Shown piece after piece: positions 62,101 to 64,000 of a stretch of 64,000 nucleotides of DNA; the stretch's first letter is position 1; each line of letters starts with the position of its first letter. The position numbers were made by a program, and so were the translations under genes. The stretch is taken from contig NW_026889750.1 in NCBI RefSeq assembly GCF_033153115.1, forward strand, positions 45,322,001 through 45,386,000, read 5' to 3'. Below the pieces are notes generated by a model that was not told the DNA's origin, did no database searches, and saw only the letters and a program-made list of their open reading frames with translations. This DNA comes from Saccostrea echinata (lineage: Eukaryota).

Positions 62101-64000
62101 GTAAAAGTTCCGGTGGAAGTTTTGTCTCAGCGGTCACATGACCATAATTCTGACAGCGCATACAATGACGGACTTCCTTTGCAATCCGAGATTTATCTTC
62201 CAAGCACAAGCCAAGGATCAGGAAAAGAGAAAATGATAGTAGACGACAGCGATATGGACGATTTGGGGTCTGTCAACTTAGAAATGTGGAAACACGCCGA
62301 GGGGTTCCAAAATCCTGCTTATAACTCAGAGTTTCGGAAGGACGAATACAATTCTGGTGAGTCGGATTCAGATGAGGGATCTGGAATTCAAGGAGAATAC
62401 AGTATGATGACAATGGATGCAAAAATGATGGAAGAATTCGAACTTGTAGATATTGAGCGGAAGGAAGATACACCGATAGACATTGAGAAAGAAACCGTGA
62501 TCGATCTCACTTTGAAAGAAACAGATGACGAGGCGGTTTATATTTCAAAGACTTCAAGGCAGTACTCTTCGAGGAACAATAAAATTATAGAAGAAAAGAT
62601 GGAGTTTTTGGAACCATCAGACGCTGAAGACAGTTGTTCAGCAAGTCTGAGTTGTTCACCAGTAAGTCTGGATTGTTCACCAGGAAGACTGAGTTGTTCA
62701 CCAGAGACCAGACGATACACAGCTTGGTCCGACGAAGAAATATTTAAATATAATGGAGAAGATGAAAGTGTCAGCCCAGCGTCTTCTCGACGAAGTATGG
62801 GCGAATATTCGGAACAAGAATTTGATTCAAGGATGAACGCTCCAGATTTGAAGGAATATCAAACAAGTCGCCAATCATCTCCTTCGCCGGCATCGAGTGT
62901 TCGATATATTTCCAGGAAAGACAGTGATCACATTGAAGATGATATTGAAATTCAGGAATTTGTGGAAAAGAACAATGCTTCTCAAATTCAAAAAGAAGTA
63001 AATCCATATGCTTCCATCGAGAGACAATTAAGTACAGGTTTTGTAGTCAGTGATGAAGAGATTGTAGTCATGCGAAGTTTCGATAGACAGATAGGTGATT
63101 CTGAGGAGATTCATTCACTTCCAAGTGATACTGAACACTTAGTTCAAAATGAATCGGACTCGGTGTCATCATCCGAAAAGATAAAACATGAAATAAAAAA
63201 TAGAAACCTTCTTAAGTACGAATCAACCAGCTTTAGAAGTAGTAAGCCGCAACTATCACCGTTGGAATTGCAGGAACAGACCATTTTGCTTCCTGTTAAT
63301 CAGAGTAAGAAAGATGAAGTAGACAACCGACAAAAGGAGGACCACAAGGATCCAGGTTCTTCTCCGATGACAGAGATTTCAGGAAACTTAAAGATGCCGA
63401 AGACTCCGGAGAAAGACAAAACTAGAGGTACATTCTGAACACTAAAAAATAGGATATTACAAGATTTGTTGTTCGTTAATAAATTTTTAAAAAGTTAAGA
63501 ATCTAAATTTGTCTTTCCCTAGACTTGGCTTCAAAACGCAGAGCTCGTGGAAACTGGAAAGTCTTAAGAGACAAGATTAAAGGAAGTTTACGCATTAAGC
63601 CCCTCTCACGTAAGCTATGAGCAAGCTCAAGTATTGTGCAATTTTTCAAATCACAAATTTAAAAACAAGTTACAATATTATACTGATGTTTATCTTTGCA
63701 GGCAAAGGTCTAGAAGAAAGGTTAAGAGGTAAATATTTAAAAAAGAATGACCAGAGAAATATATACAAGTTAGCTGTATTGCGACTATGATCTTTCGAAG
63801 AAATCAAAGCATAATTTAGAAAGCTAAGTTCTTTTTAGTGTATCTTCTAAAAGGATATATAGAGTGACAATATGACGATTTAATAACTTCTGTACTCTTT
63901 AAGAGATAGCAAGGGAAAATGAACAGTCAGACAGGCAAAGAGTTTCATCAAACAAGTTCCAAAAAACCACCGTGTCTTCCAACAGTGTGAAGGCTTTAGA
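56166..64000 (+). CDS. PDZD7/whirlin-family scaffold (N-terminal harmonin-homology domain, PDZ1, PDZ2, long acidic/Ser-rich region); 3' end outside window
   Basis: Exons 56166-56499, 59308-59463, 59965-60139, 60304-60483, 60814-60961, 61846-61921, 62078-63427, 63523-63609, 63702-63728, 63904-end, phase-consistent (last two less certain). Motifs LGFSIRGGSEHGLGVYVS, KEKTAWFD, LGLNIRGGSEFGLGIYVS, GVRVGDQIVEVNG, DVGRYPAFKE; HHD-like VLTEPER..LRQLIPYAHLPEFD. Confidence 0.88.
57371..58445. mobile_element. Tc1/mariner-type non-autonomous element in intron 1 of the PDZ gene
   Basis: ta|cgaggggttatcaaaaagttcgtggact ... agtccacgaactttttgataacccctcg|ta; TIR related to 39382-40676. Confidence 0.88.
60954..61715 (+). 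repeat. 42-bp minisatellite anchored on the donor of PDZ-gene exon 60814-60961
   Basis: Unit cactgaga|gtaagtcctaaacttaaagctactcacaccacat, roughly 18 copies, most retaining GTAAGT/GTGAGT. Confidence 0.95.

Overview
AT-rich eukaryotic DNA, most likely a bivalve or oyster (inferred from the Helentron-associated/HINE satellite elements and an intronless B-box/NHL gene). I reconstructed four protein-coding genes by hand, checking GT-AG boundaries and phase: (1) complete multi-exon PRC1/MAP65-ASE1 gene on the minus strand (472-15481), with two candidate C-terminal exons and a CCAAT + CDE/CHR-like promoter; (2) intronless RING-less TRIM-like B-box/coiled-coil/NHL gene (28941-30797, +); (3) 10-exon FBXL/AMN1-type LRR gene (47509-54268, -); (4) head-to-head with it, the 5' part of a PDZD7/whirlin-family gene (from 56166, +). 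The rest is repeats: HINEs, many MITEs, two decayed Penelope-like RT copies (one with a minimal hammerhead-like motif), an L1/Tx1 remnant, a 3.3-kb 48-bp minisatellite and a 140-N gap. The main observation: all five non-TE intronic minisatellites I found, in three unrelated genes, are built from a unit that spans a real splice junction (exon end + donor, or acceptor + exon start) and expands only into the intron. The result is runs of about 10-40 decoy splice sites, one of them with a recursive-splicing-like AG|GT motif. Coordinates and copy numbers were counted by eye.
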